Source: Clostridia bacterium (GTDB taxonomy: Bacteria; Bacillota; Clostridia; JAAYHZ01). Taken from it: a stretch of DNA of 64,000 nt. The translations under genes and the position numbers were made by a program. This document shows positions 9,695 through 20,033 of the stretch, one piece after another. Within the stretch, counting starts at the first letter, position 1. Every line of letters starts with the position of its first letter. The stretch covers positions 205,181 to 269,180 of the forward strand of contig JBMNIH010000010.1 in NCBI GenBank assembly GCA_050950825.1. Reading direction: 5' to 3'. Under the pieces are notes generated by a model, which did no database searches, was not told the DNA's origin, and was given only the letters and a program-made list of their open reading frames with translations.

Positions 9695-10467
9695 TCGATA
9701 TGTGCGGATATTTGGGCCATTGGCCGTTTCGAAAAATCAACAACAACGATGTCGAAAGCTTTGTAAAAGTGATGGATGATTACAAAATCAATCTTTCGGT
9801 GGTCTCCTCGTTAAACGCCGTATTCTACAAAGACACCATGCAGGGCAATGAAGAAATCGCCGAAGAAATCAAACCCTATTCCGATCGTTTGGTCGCTTTT
9901 TGCGTGATTAATCCTGCGTACCCCGCTTGGGAAAAGGATTTCAGAACCTGTATTGAAAAGTTAGGTATGAAGGGTCTCATGATGTACCCCTATTATCATC
10001 CTTACCGATTAACGGAAGCCAATGCCATCCGTTTGGCTAACCTGGCCGGGGAAGCGGGAATTCCGGTTCATATCCCGGTATCCATCATTAACGTAAGGCA
10101 AAGGCACTGGCTGGATACCACGGAGATTTTAAACACCTCCGACTTTATTGCTTTAATAAAGAATGCTCCGAACACGGACTTTATCGTATCCAACGGAGCT
10201 ACCGACGCCATTGCGGCCGCCGCTAAAGACGCGGATTCCAAGAGAAAAGGGAAGGTCTATTACGACTTCCAGCGTGTCGAAGTATTCCTGCCTTCTTTTG
10301 AAAGATTGTTAGCTACCGTCGGACCGGAGCAGATCGTATTGGGAACGGGAAATCCGTTGCAGTATTTGGATACCCAGTTCGTCAAGCTCCATTATATGGA
10401 TGTATCCGACGAGGTAAAAGACTTGATTACGTACAAAAATGCCGCTCGATTGTTAAAGCTTGCATAA
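9688..10467 (+). CDS. amidohydrolase-fold protein lacking canonical metal ligands
   Basis: IDMCGYLGHWPF in place of DxHxH, LGTG in place of GT/SD, C-terminal NAARLL typical of the fold. Confidence 0.75.
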   Translation: MLIDMCGYLGHWPFRKINNNDVESFVKVMDDYKINLSVVSSLNAVFYKDTMQGNEEIAEEIKPYSDRLVAFCVINPAYPAWEKDFRTCIEKLGMKGLMMYPYYHPYRLTEANAIRLANLAGEAGIPVHIPVSIINVRQRHWLDTTEILNTSDFIALIKNAPNTDFIVSNGATDAIAAAAKDADSKRKGKVYYDFQRVEVFLPSFERLLATVGPEQIVLGTGNPLQYLDTQFVKLHYMDVSDEVKDLITYKNAARLLKLA

Positions 10468-10541
10468 ACGATTCCTATCGGCCCGATGATACGCTTTTTG
10501 CGATGATCGGGCCTTTGTCGTTACAAGGAGGCGATACAAAA

Positions 10542-11291
10542 GTGATTATCGATTGTCATTGGCATGTTCTCTTCGACGATTATGAAAGGGTTATTCAAAC
10601 AAGCATAAACGAATTGAAAAGATGCGGAATGGACCGCTGCGCGCTGATGTTCCATTTGGATCTTTATCAAAAGGAAGGCGATCTTCACAGGCAAGGGGAA
10701 GCTTTGAAAAAAGTGTTAAAGGACCGGAAAGAGTACTTTGTTCCTTTTTTGACCGTGGACCCTAACGTGGATTTCGGAATTGTTAAAGAAGGGGTGGAAG
10801 AATACGTGGTCAAAGGTCCCGCCGTGGCGGTAAAGGTCCATCATTCCATGAAGGCGGACCGTAAAGAATTCGAGCCCTTGGCAAATCTTCTTTCCATGCA
10901 CGGGATTCCCGTATTGATTCACTGCTGGTACAAAACGGTACAAAAATACGAAAACGAATCGGATCCTTCGAATATCGCAAATCTTGCGGCCAAATTTCCG
11001 GATTTGAAAATCATTATGGCTCACATAACGGGCTGCGGCTTCCGAGGGATTCAGGACATTGCTCCGTATCCGAACGTCTATGTGGATACCTCCGGATCAC
11101 AGCCGGAGGACGGCATTATGCAGTACGGGCTGGATTTGTTAGGAGCCGATCGAATCTTATTCGGTTCGGATTTCCCGGGAAGAGATCCGGCTACGCAGTT
11201 AGGCCGTATTTATTCTTTGGATATGTCGGAAGAAGACCGTAACAAGATTTTAGGCGGTAACTCCGTCCGGTTGTTTGGAGGTGCATTTTAA
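10542..11291 (+). CDS. amidohydrolase_2 family protein, metal ligands intact
   Basis: IDCHWH, LIHCW, MAHITG, FGSDFP; GTG start after AAGGAGG. Confidence 0.85.
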   Translation: MIIDCHWHVLFDDYERVIQTSINELKRCGMDRCALMFHLDLYQKEGDLHRQGEALKKVLKDRKEYFVPFLTVDPNVDFGIVKEGVEEYVVKGPAVAVKVHHSMKADRKEFEPLANLLSMHGIPVLIHCWYKTVQKYENESDPSNIANLAAKFPDLKIIMAHITGCGFRGIQDIAPYPNVYVDTSGSQPEDGIMQYGLDLLGADRILFGSDFPGRDPATQLGRIYSLDMSEEDRNKILGGNSVRLFGGAF

Positions 11292-12055
11292 TGATGAAGT
11301 TGAATCTTTGCGGGCTATATGACGCTTCCGCTTGGGTAGGAAATTGGCCTTTTGTTCCTTTAAGATACAACACACAGGATGCATTGAAAAAGAAGCTCTC
11401 CGAACAGGGAATTTGCAAGGCTATTTTATCGTCTTTGGATGCCGTATTTTCTCAAGATCCGACGCTCTGCGCACAAGAAATCCTCCGGGCCGACCGCGAA
11501 TTTTTCATACCGGCGCCCGTTACGGACCTGAGTCGTGCGAATTGGAATGAATGCATTTCTTGGATGGACCGAAACGACGTGAAGATCATCAAGCTTCTTC
11601 CGAATTACCATATGTATTCTCTTGAGGAGCAAATCGACAAATTGGTAGAAGAGACCGTAAAGAGGGACGCGGTGATATCCGTACAAGTGAGAATGCAGGA
11701 CGCAAGGGGACAATACCCTCTTCTTCAGGTCAAGGATGTGGACGTCAAAGAGCTTGAACGGGTCGTGAAAAAATACCCGGATCAAAAATTCTTGTTAAAC
11801 GGTATGTACATGGGTGAAATCAGGCCCTTTGCGAATATGGACAATGTCCGCATCGAAACCTCGGCCCTAGAGCTGAATGACGTTTTTCGGTCTTTGACGG
11901 AAGGATATCCGCAGGATCGCTTCGTATTCGGTACCCATACGCCTTTGTTTTTCCCGGAAGGCAACCTGTTCAAGCTGGGATACGCAAGCATATCGGATCA
12001 AGAGAAAAATAGGATCGGTCGGGAAAATTTAAGCCGATTTCTTGGGATCGAGTAG
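11291..12055 (+). CDS. amidohydrolase-fold protein lacking canonical metal ligands
   Basis: YDASAWVGNWPF, FGTH in place of GTD; TAATG coupling with upstream gene. Confidence 0.72.
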   Translation: MMKLNLCGLYDASAWVGNWPFVPLRYNTQDALKKKLSEQGICKAILSSLDAVFSQDPTLCAQEILRADREFFIPAPVTDLSRANWNECISWMDRNDVKIIKLLPNYHMYSLEEQIDKLVEETVKRDAVISVQVRMQDARGQYPLLQVKDVDVKELERVVKKYPDQKFLLNGMYMGEIRPFANMDNVRIETSALELNDVFRSLTEGYPQDRFVFGTHTPLFFPEGNLFKLGYASISDQEKNRIGRENLSRFLGIE

Positions 12056-12082
12056 AACCGTTTCAAATTTTTCGGCCGATTG

Positions 12083-12883
12083 CTATTGATAGATTTTGAT
12101 CTTGACCCGCAGTCGGCCTTTTCTTGTTTCGCCCATGATTTCGGATATTTCCGCCTTGCCATAGCCTCGTAAAGATAAAAGAGTGTTTTCGGGTATTTTC
12201 TTGGAAATATCCGTTGTTTCTTTGTAGTTGACAAAAGCCCTTCCGCTTTTGATCAACTCCGCCGCTTCGGAACGGGAAAGATGAAAAGCGGCGCCGACAA
12301 TACAGTCCAACCGCAGCGAGGATACGCTTTCCGTAAGCTCCTTGAAGCTTTCTTCGGGAACGATGATGTTGTCGAAGGATTCCGGTCGTGTATTTACCGA
12401 ATATTTCCCGACCTTTGTCAAGGATTGATGAATGGTTTCCGTTACGCTTTTTTTCCCTACGATCATACAGCCCTTCGGATTTAACAACAGGTCGCCGAAA
12501 AACTCTCTTTTTATGCCTAAATTCATAACGGCGCCCAAATAGTCTCGGTGGGTTAAAGAATCGGCGCCTGTAACGGGGATGATGGAAACGAGTGAAAACA
12601 TCCGGTCAATCTCGGCCGATTCTTCGGAGAAATCCTCCGGCATGATAACGAAGGATTTTCGGTCCGCCTTTTCATAGCCGCCGAATTCGAAATATTTCAC
12701 GTCCTTTATTTGAAACAACAGGTCTTTTACTACGGCTCTTTTAAAGGGATCCAAAAAATCGGTGCAAACATAGGTCCATGTTTTTGCCGCCGTTTGCGCC
12801 TTGTCCAAGACCTTTAAATAGGTGATGCGATCCTCGTCTTTGTATGTTAAGCTTACTTTTTCTCTTAATGTCCGGATGTCCAT
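12083..12883 (-). CDS. ylmH: YlmH/Sll1252-family S4 RNA-binding protein
   Basis: TDFLDP, FGGY..ADR, HRDYLGAVMNLG, SLRLD...SLRGYGK S4 domain. Confidence 0.85.
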   Translation of the reverse strand: MDIRTLREKVSLTYKDEDRITYLKVLDKAQTAAKTWTYVCTDFLDPFKRAVVKDLLFQIKDVKYFEFGGYEKADRKSFVIMPEDFSEESAEIDRMFSLVSIIPVTGADSLTHRDYLGAVMNLGIKREFFGDLLLNPKGCMIVGKKSVTETIHQSLTKVGKYSVNTRPESFDNIIVPEESFKELTESVSSLRLDCIVGAAFHLSRSEAAELIKSGRAFVNYKETTDISKKIPENTLLSLRGYGKAEISEIMGETRKGRLRVKIKIYQ

Positions 12884-13392
12884 TAGCTGTTCTCGGTCTC
12901 TTTGATGGGCTTTGAAAATAGAACGTTGTTAATGTATTCTAAAAACAGCTCCACGTCGGAGATTACGAAGCCTTTTACGGTAGAGTCGGTCATAAAAAGC
13001 TTCAAACCTGCAATGTTGCGAAACAAGGTTCCGTATGTGGCGTGTTTGATGTTTGTAAAAAGAATATCTTCTCGATGCAGCTCTTTTTTAATAAAAAACA
13101 AAAAGATGAGTCGGTCCTTCGTCAAGTAAAGCAGACCGTCCCTTATATACCGGTCGGAATAGTAGTTGGCAATATCTTTATGAATAATGTCTTGGTCAAT
13201 GGTTTGGTCTAAGTTCCTGTATTTTTTAAAGCTGATATCGGAAACCAGGCTTGTAATCAACGTAAACAGAGCAGCTGCCAAAATGCCGACGGCGAGTGCC
13301 CGACTTGGAGGTATGAAAAATACGGCTATTGCAAAAACAACAAATCCGAAAAAAATACCTGCGGTTACAGCTGTTCTTCTAAATTTGTCCAT
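12883..13392 (-). CDS. hypothetical membrane protein (two N-terminal TMs, PH/GRAM-like C-terminus)
   Basis: hydrophobic N-terminus, GLLYLTKDRLIF motif; coupled to ylmH. Confidence 0.55.
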   Translation of the reverse strand: MDKFRRTAVTAGIFFGFVVFAIAVFFIPPSRALAVGILAAALFTLITSLVSDISFKKYRNLDQTIDQDIIHKDIANYYSDRYIRDGLLYLTKDRLIFLFFIKKELHREDILFTNIKHATYGTLFRNIAGLKLFMTDSTVKGFVISDVELFLEYINNVLFSKPIKETENS

Positions 13393-13591
13393 AAAAAACT
13401 CCCTTGCTGAAATTGTGGCACACTTATTTTAACACATCTTAAGAATTCGTCAAAACCATGAACGGTTATAAAAGATAATAAAAATATTTCTTGATTTTCA
13501 CCCGGAATATTGTATAATCAGAAAATGTTTTTTGTGATAATTTTTGACGGCTGTTCATGATACGGCTGTTTTCATATACGGAGGGTTCTAT

Positions 13592-15409
13592 TTGAAAAAC
13601 GAAAAAATTAGAAACGTTGCCATCATAGCCCATGTCGACCATGGGAAAACCACGTTGGTTGACTGCATGCTGAAGCAAAGCGGTTTGTTTCGAAAAAACC
13701 AAGCGGTAACCGAAAGAATGCTGGACTCCAACGATATCGAAAGAGAAAGAGGCATTACGATTTTAGCCAAAAATACCGCCATTGAATACAAAGGCGTTAA
13801 AATCAATATTGTGGATACCCCGGGCCATGCGGACTTCGGCGGCGAGGTGGAACGAATTTTGAAGATGGTGGACGGCGTACTGCTTTTGGTAGACGCCTTT
13901 GAAGGCCCTATGCCCCAAACTCGATTTGTGCTGCGAAAAGCATTGGGTATGGGTTTAAAAACCATCGTGGTGATTAACAAAATCGATCGGCCGGATGCTC
14001 GATGCAGCCAAGTGGCCGATGAAATATTGGATTTGTTCATTGATTTGGATGCACCTTCGGATCTTTTGGAGTATCCTTTGGTTTATGCATCGTCCCGAGA
14101 CGGGTATGCGGTTTTGTCCTTAGAGGATCCGAAAGAAAACATTCTTCCTTTGCTTGATGTTATCTTAAAAGAAATACCGGCTCCGGAAGGAAATTCGGAG
14201 GAGCCCTTGCAGATGCTCATTTCCAGCATCGACTATGACGTTTACACCGGAAGAATCGGCATCGGGAAAATACAAAGAGGAAAAGCGCTCATTAACGGGA
14301 ACTATACCTTATGCAACTTATCCGGCAAAAGGGAAGAAATGAAAATCAGCGCCATGTACAGTTTCAAAGGGTTAAATCGAATTCCTTGCGAAGAAGCCTA
14401 CGCCGGAGACATCATTGCCATATCCGGTGTGGAAGGGATCGGCATCGGAGATACCATATGCGATCCGGATGTACCGGAGCCCTTGGAATTTGTGAAAATC
14501 GACGAGCCTTCCATTTCCATGATGTTCACGGTGAACGACAGTCCTTTTGCAGGCTTAGAAGGCGAATACGTCACGTCAAGGCATTTAAGAAGAAGGCTGT
14601 TCCGAGAACAGGAAAAAGACGTATCTCTTCGGGTTGCCGAAACCGATTCGGCGGATACGTTTCAAGTATTCGGAAGAGGAGAGCTTCATTTGTCGGTTTT
14701 AATCGAGACCATGCGAAGAGAAGGATACGAGTTTCAAGTGTCCAAGCCCTTTGCCGTTATTAAAGAAACACCGGAAGGTAAAATGGAGCCTTTTGAAATG
14801 GTATTTATTGAAGTACCGGATTCTTTTGTGGGAACGGTTATCGAAAAATTGGGATCCCGAAAGGGAGAGCTGGTTACCATGGAGGGAGGAGGCTCCGAAG
14901 GCTTTACCAGGCTTCAATTTATCATACCGGCTCGAGGATTGTTAGGGTATCGACAGGAATTTTTGACCGATACGCGGGGGTTAGGCGTTATGTATTCTTC
15001 TTTTCATGAATACGCTCCCTACAAAGGCGAGATTCCCACAAGAACCCGAGGTTCTTTGGTGGCCTGTGAAACCGGAACCGCCGTAACCTTCGGCTTGTTC
15101 AACGCCCAACAGAGGGGCCAGCTGATTATCGGACCCGGTACGGAGGTTTACGAAGGAATGGTGGTAGGCATCAACTCGCGAAGCGACGACATTGCGGTAA
15201 ACGTTTGCAAAAAGAAGCATTTGACTTCCATTCGAAACGTGCAATCGGAGGATCCCTTGCGTTTGGTTACTCCCGTTGATATGACATTGGAGCAAGCCAT
15301 CGAATTTATAAAAGAGGACGAGCTGATCGAGGTGACACCGAAGAATTTCAGGATACGTAAAAAAATACTGGATAAAGTGATGCGGGAACGAATGGCAAGA
15401 AGAGGATAA
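13592..15409 (+). CDS. typA: translational GTPase TypA/BipA
   Basis: [26 protein letters not shown]-terminal EVTP..RIRK; TTG start after GGAGG. Confidence 0.95.
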   Translation: MKNEKIRNVAIIAHVDHGKTTLVDCMLKQSGLFRKNQAVTERMLDSNDIERERGITILAKNTAIEYKGVKINIVDTPGHADFGGEVERILKMVDGVLLLVDAFEGPMPQTRFVLRKALGMGLKTIVVINKIDRPDARCSQVADEILDLFIDLDAPSDLLEYPLVYASSRDGYAVLSLEDPKENILPLLDVILKEIPAPEGNSEEPLQMLISSIDYDVYTGRIGIGKIQRGKALINGNYTLCNLSGKREEMKISAMYSFKGLNRIPCEEAYAGDIIAISGVEGIGIGDTICDPDVPEPLEFVKIDEPSISMMFTVNDSPFAGLEGEYVTSRHLRRRLFREQEKDVSLRVAETDSADTFQVFGRGELHLSVLIETMRREGYEFQVSKPFAVIKETPEGKMEPFEMVFIEVPDSFVGTVIEKLGSRKGELVTMEGGGSEGFTRLQFIIPARGLLGYRQEFLTDTRGLGVMYSSFHEYAPYKGEIPTRTRGSLVACETGTAVTFGLFNAQQRGQLIIGPGTEVYEGMVVGINSRSDDIAVNVCKKKHLTSIRNVQSEDPLRLVTPVDMTLEQAIEFIKEDELIEVTPKNFRIRKKILDKVMRERMARRG

Positions 15410-15419
15410 ATAAAGGGGC

Positions 15420-16730
15420 TTACAAGGCCCCTTCGCTTTTTATTGCTCCGAAAATTTTATCGTAGTAATCGGTCGTTTGCCCTTTTAACACGGACAGCGC
15501 TTTTATTGCTTTTTGGCTTCCGCGAAGAGCGTATTCCATAAGAATTCCTTCTTCCTTGCATAAATCGTCGTGAAGAGGAATGACTTCTCTTAACAAATAC
15601 ATGGTGTATTTCACAAGTCTTAAAGGACCGTATACGAAAGGCGCCGAGCCTCTAATCGGCATCACCACGACGGAATTCAATTTCTTGATATTATCAAACA
15701 GAGAATTTTCTTCGCAGCTTTCGGCAAAAACGACGGTGTGGAAGGTGCCGAAGAAGGTATGGTTAATTATGCCGTGAGCATCGGTGCCGGACACCAAAGG
15801 AATTTTGTATTGCTTGTACAGATCGTGATACAAGGCCAGCTGAATGGCGTTGATGTCCAAATAGTCTCCGTTAAAAAGCTCGAAGGCGTCGAAAATACCG
15901 GTTTTCAAAAAGGCTTCCGTCAAGGGAGTGGACACATTGTAACGGTCTCCCGCCGCCCAATAGGGATGGGCAAAGATGCAGATGCCTCCTTCCTGTCGTA
16001 CTTTTTCGATGACGTAGAGGCAGGAAGCGTATTCGTATCTTTCTTTTTCCGTTTCCAAAAAATCAACGGACCGGCTTTTTTCTTTAATGAAGGAAACGTA
16101 CTCTTCTTCGCTTCCGTAATATTTCTTTACCGTGTCCTTGTTCCCGAAGCCTACCATGTGGGTGCTTGTTCGAGGCGGATGGATTTCTTCTCCTCGGAAT
16201 ATTTTCAAATCGATATCCATACCGGCGAATGCTTCTTGGGCTTCGACGGAGGGGCTGTATTCCCGATGGTCGGTAATGGCCATAAAATCAAGCCCGACTT
16301 TTCGGCAGGCTGCGGCTATATACCCGGGCGTGTTTCTCCCGTCGGAGTAATGGCTGTGAAGATGGAAATCCCCTTTGTAGGGTCTTAAGGAATAAAGATC
16401 TTGATCGACGCAATAAAGATGGAAAACGGCGATCGTATCTTGAAAATCGTTGTCTTCACAAGACAAAAGCAGCCGGTATTCTTGCTCGTGATCAAAAACA
16501 AAGGAGCAGGTCAGCGTCTGATTGATGCATTTTGCCATCCGGTACGGCCGCTTTTCCTTATCGTAGGTATCGATTTCCATCGGTGCCGCCGTAATTTTAT
16601 ACATTCCGCCTTCCAAAAGAGGTGTCCCGAACAGGGATTTAATGCGAATGGTCGTATTTTCATTTTTTAATACGACCTTCGGATAGACGTCAAAAATTAA
16701 AGCCGTGTTTTCATAAACTCGTGGTGCCAT
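15420..16730 (-). CDS. PHP-domain metal-dependent hydrolase
   Basis: HLHSHYSDG, AITDH, GEE, AHP, GTDAH motifs. Confidence 0.75.
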   Translation of the reverse strand: MAPRVYENTALIFDVYPKVVLKNENTTIRIKSLFGTPLLEGGMYKITAAPMEIDTYDKEKRPYRMAKCINQTLTCSFVFDHEQEYRLLLSCEDNDFQDTIAVFHLYCVDQDLYSLRPYKGDFHLHSHYSDGRNTPGYIAAACRKVGLDFMAITDHREYSPSVEAQEAFAGMDIDLKIFRGEEIHPPRTSTHMVGFGNKDTVKKYYGSEEEYVSFIKEKSRSVDFLETEKERYEYASCLYVIEKVRQEGGICIFAHPYWAAGDRYNVSTPLTEAFLKTGIFDAFELFNGDYLDINAIQLALYHDLYKQYKIPLVSGTDAHGIINHTFFGTFHTVVFAESCEENSLFDNIKKLNSVVVMPIRGSAPFVYGPLRLVKYTMYLLREVIPLHDDLCKEEGILMEYALRGSQKAIKALSVLKGQTTDYYDKIFGAIKSEGAL

Positions 16731-16771
16731 GACAATTCCTTTCCGTAATTTTATTATATTCGTTTAAAATA

Positions 16772-17533
16772 TTAATCTCCGCCTAAGAAGCCTCGCAGCA
16801 AGGGGCCTCCCATGCCGGATTCTCCGCGGTTTCTGTCGGACCCTAGGCCTGTCGCCGATACGATTCTTTGTGCAAGTCGAGACAAAGGCAACGTTTGTAA
16901 GTATACCGTCCCCGGCCCATCCAAGGTGGCAAGGAAGAGGCCCTCGCCTCCGAACAAAACGTTTTTGAATCCGCCCACAAATTGAATATCGTAATGCACG
17001 GAGGGCTCGAAGCCCACGATACATCCGGTATCGATGCGGAGTCTTTCGCCGCTCGAAAGATCTTTACGGACAACGGTGCCGCCGGCATGGATAAAGGAAA
17101 GGCCGGATCCGGTAAGCTTCTGCAGGATAAAGCCTTCGCCGCCGAAAAAGCCGGCTCCCAATCTTTTTGTAAAGGCGATATTAATATCGATATTGTCGGA
17201 AGCACATAAAAAAGAATCCTTCTGGCATAGAAACGAACCGCCGTACAAGTCCAGGTCGATGGGGATGATTTTGCCGGGATATGCGGCGGCAAATGCAACT
17301 TGGCTGTTTTTGCCGCTTGTATTGGAGAAGGTGGTAATGAAAAAGCTTTCTCCGGTTAACATCCTTTTGAAGCCTTTTAATAGTCCGCCTCCCGTGCCGG
17401 TTTGCATTACAATACCGTCAGCCATATACATCATGGCTCCTACTTCCGCTCTCACCGTCCCGCCGGGGAACAAATCGATTTCCACCATTTGCAAATCGTC
17501 CCCGTATATTCGGTACTTCAAACTCTCTGACAT
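16772..17533 (-). CDS. TIGR00266/AIM24 family protein
   Basis: GDDLQMVEI, AEVGAM, GESFF, FFGGEGF, GGEGLF motifs. Confidence 0.88.
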   Translation of the reverse strand: MSESLKYRIYGDDLQMVEIDLFPGGTVRAEVGAMMYMADGIVMQTGTGGGLLKGFKRMLTGESFFITTFSNTSGKNSQVAFAAAYPGKIIPIDLDLYGGSFLCQKDSFLCASDNIDINIAFTKRLGAGFFGGEGFILQKLTGSGLSFIHAGGTVVRKDLSSGERLRIDTGCIVGFEPSVHYDIQFVGGFKNVLFGGEGLFLATLDGPGTVYLQTLPLSRLAQRIVSATGLGSDRNRGESGMGGPLLRGFLGGD

Positions 17534-17646
17534 AGTATCCTCCGAAAGACTTTTCGCTTTGATCCATTATACCACACCGAGAAAAGGACACAAAACTATC
17601 TTTTTCGGTTATTTCCGAAATTTATCAAATATACTGAAAAATTAGA

Positions 17647-17675
17647 TTGACAAGCATTAACTTTGCCGGTACAAT
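17647..17675 (+). promoter_or_regulatory. sigma-A promoter of veg
   Basis: TTGACA-17 bp-TACAAT, the classic veg promoter pattern. Confidence 0.75.
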
Positions 17676-17705
17676 AAAGAAAACACAGGGGGAAGGTGAA
17701 TACTT

Positions 17706-17972
17706 TTGATTCAAAAAAAAGACTTTTCGCAAATTAAGAGAGATATTGAAACCTGTGTAGGAGAACGGATCAAGCTGAAGGCAAACAAAGGCAGAAGCAA
17801 GACCTTTGAAAGAGAGGGAATCATCGAGCAGTCTTATCCTTCCGTGTTTGTGGTGCGGCTCGATTTCGATTGCCGGTCCGCTCGAAGAATTTCATACAGC
17901 TATACCGATGTTTTAACGAAATCGGTGGAAATTGTATTGTTGAAGGACAACAGAGCCATTGAAGTTTGCTAG
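17706..17972 (+). CDS. veg: Veg family protein
   Basis: LKANKGRSK, YPSVF, SYSYTDVLT motifs. Confidence 0.9.
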   Translation: MIQKKDFSQIKRDIETCVGERIKLKANKGRSKTFEREGIIEQSYPSVFVVRLDFDCRSARRISYSYTDVLTKSVEIVLLKDNRAIEVC

Positions 17973-18204
17973 TTCTTAAGTGATATACAAACCCAAAATG
18001 GTTTTTTTTATGTATATCATGTTTGTTGTGACCAAAAAATATTCTCTTACAAAAGCGGTTATGGGGCATAATGATATTTTGCAAGAAAACTATTTTATAT
18101 GAAAGTATAAAATAGTTTTTTTTGATTTCTTTTTTATCAAAACGCATATTCCCCGCCTTGGACAAATATATATGAATAAACGTATACCGCCAAGGAGGAT
18201 ATGT

Positions 18205-19740
18205 ATGGAGATAAACTATTTGTCTGAAAATATAAAGCTATACAATTTGTCGAAGGCTATCAAAAAGACTGTTTTTATGGAATACGAACACGTCATATCC
18301 GATTCGAGGGCCGATGTAGCCTCGGTCATTAAAGGGAATGCCCACGTTACCGAAGATAATGTTGTATTGGACAACGGTTTGCTTAAGCTCAAAGGCAAGC
18401 TGAAGACCGTTGTTTGCTTGAAAAGTGTCAACGGAAGCTTGTTCAGCGTTCAGCAGGTGTTGGACATCGACGAAAAACTGGACACTTTCGAGGGAGGCGA
18501 CGAAATCACCATCGCATCCTCTTGCGTCGTGGAAAAAGTCGAATGCCGGATCATAAACGAAAGAAAAATCGGGGTTCGGGTTCGGTTTGATGTATTTGTA
18601 GACTGCAACGGAGTAAAAAGCGTGGATGTCATTTCCGGGCTGGAGGAAAATCAGAATGCGGAAGTGAGAACCAAAGAGCTGCAGGTGAACCGATTTGCAG
18701 GAAACATCGATAAAAACATAGAAGTGTCGGATACCTTCTTGATTCCCAATGATTTTCCGGAAGTGTTCGAATTGCTGGATTATGAAGCGGTGTTAAAAAA
18801 CGTGGAAAGCGTCATTAGCGAAGGCACCCTTCTTTTCAAAGGAGATATCTGCTTCAGACTGTATTATTCCTGCGGATCTGTCGGCGAAAACATTCACTAC
18901 ATCGAAAACAACGTTCCCTTCAGCGAAACGGAGGACATCAGCGACATGAGGCCGACCAAAATGCTGTGCAATGTCAAACCGGTGAACTTCTCCATGGATG
19001 TAGCCCAAGACGGGGACGGAGAATATCGGTTGATTAACGGCAGCGCTTTGGTGAACGTATCGGCCTTTTGCTTCGAAGAAACAACCGTGGAAACCATTGA
19101 GGACCTTTACGGAATCGACAGAATGCTGACTCCGGAGACGAGAAGAGTAGCCTATACCTACCCTGTACATGTTAGCAGAAGCACTTGCCAAACCACGGAA
19201 ACCATGAATATCGGGGAAAACAGCCAAATTGCGGAAGTTATCGGCATGGACGCTAATGCTTACATAACGGAGCAGACCTATGATAACAGCGGCGTATTAA
19301 GCGTAAAAGGAGACATTCCGGTTACAATGGTGTATAAAGATGCAAACGGTGAAATCAATTCCCATCATCATGTCATTCCTTTTAAGTACGACGAAAAAAT
19401 GCTCGTAAACCCCAACATGTCGGTGAAAGTATGGGTGGAACAAACCCATGCCGCTTACAATTTGCTCTCCGGAAACGAACCGGACGTAAGAGTCAATGTC
19501 AATTTAAGCTTTAAAGTGTATGGGACGGATATGCTGAACTATGTGGAAGACATCAAAGAAAGCGAATACGCCGACGAAAACATGCGTGCAAGCCTTGTCC
19601 TTCACTACTGCTCATCGGATGACACCGTTTGGAAGCTTGCGAAAAAATTCCGTATTCCTCAAATAACCTTAAGACAGATGAACGACTTGGGTGAGGAGGA
19701 TCGTTTGGAGGAAGGCCGTCAAATCATTATTCCGCTATAA
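18205..19740 (+). CDS. SPOCS (DUF3794) repeat spore-coat protein with C-terminal LysM (SipL-like)
   Basis: three repeated beta-rich domains, C-terminal DTVWKLAKKF LysM; veg-sipL-ispE synteny typical of Clostridia; ATG after AAGGAGG. Confidence 0.8.
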   Translation: MEINYLSENIKLYNLSKAIKKTVFMEYEHVISDSRADVASVIKGNAHVTEDNVVLDNGLLKLKGKLKTVVCLKSVNGSLFSVQQVLDIDEKLDTFEGGDEITIASSCVVEKVECRIINERKIGVRVRFDVFVDCNGVKSVDVISGLEENQNAEVRTKELQVNRFAGNIDKNIEVSDTFLIPNDFPEVFELLDYEAVLKNVESVISEGTLLFKGDICFRLYYSCGSVGENIHYIENNVPFSETEDISDMRPTKMLCNVKPVNFSMDVAQDGDGEYRLINGSALVNVSAFCFEETTVETIEDLYGIDRMLTPETRRVAYTYPVHVSRSTCQTTETMNIGENSQIAEVIGMDANAYITEQTYDNSGVLSVKGDIPVTMVYKDANGEINSHHHVIPFKYDEKMLVNPNMSVKVWVEQTHAAYNLLSGNEPDVRVNVNLSFKVYGTDMLNYVEDIKESEYADENMRASLVLHYCSSDDTVWKLAKKFRIPQITLRQMNDLGEEDRLEEGRQIIIPL

Positions 19741-19782
19741 AGATAGGCTTGTTGTTCACAATAGAAAATAGAAAAAAACGCT

Positions 19783-19816
19783 AAAAAAGCTTTTCGCCGG
19801 GCCGAAAGGCTTTTTT
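19783..19816 (+). terminator. intrinsic terminator
   Basis: AAAAAAGCTTTTCG...CGAAAGGCTTTTTT hairpin plus T-tract. Confidence 0.7.
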
Positions 19817-19859
19817 GATGTTCATCATTAAAGTTTTTGTAATACTGTATACAAAACTA

Positions 19860-19888
19860 TTGAAACCCGGCGACGTTTCCTATATAAT
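19860..19888 (+). promoter_or_regulatory. sigma-A type promoter upstream of ispE
   Basis: TTGAAA-17 bp-TATAAT. Confidence 0.55.
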
Positions 19889-20033
19889 TTGTAAGAAACG
19901 GAAAAAGGGTTTTTTAAAAAAACAAGATCCCTAGGACCGGTCAAAAAGAAAAAAGGGATCGTAAAAAAGCGTGTCGATGCTTTTTTGTTTTGCAAGGAAA
20001 AGCGTCAACACGGTTACCCTATTGAGGTAGTTT

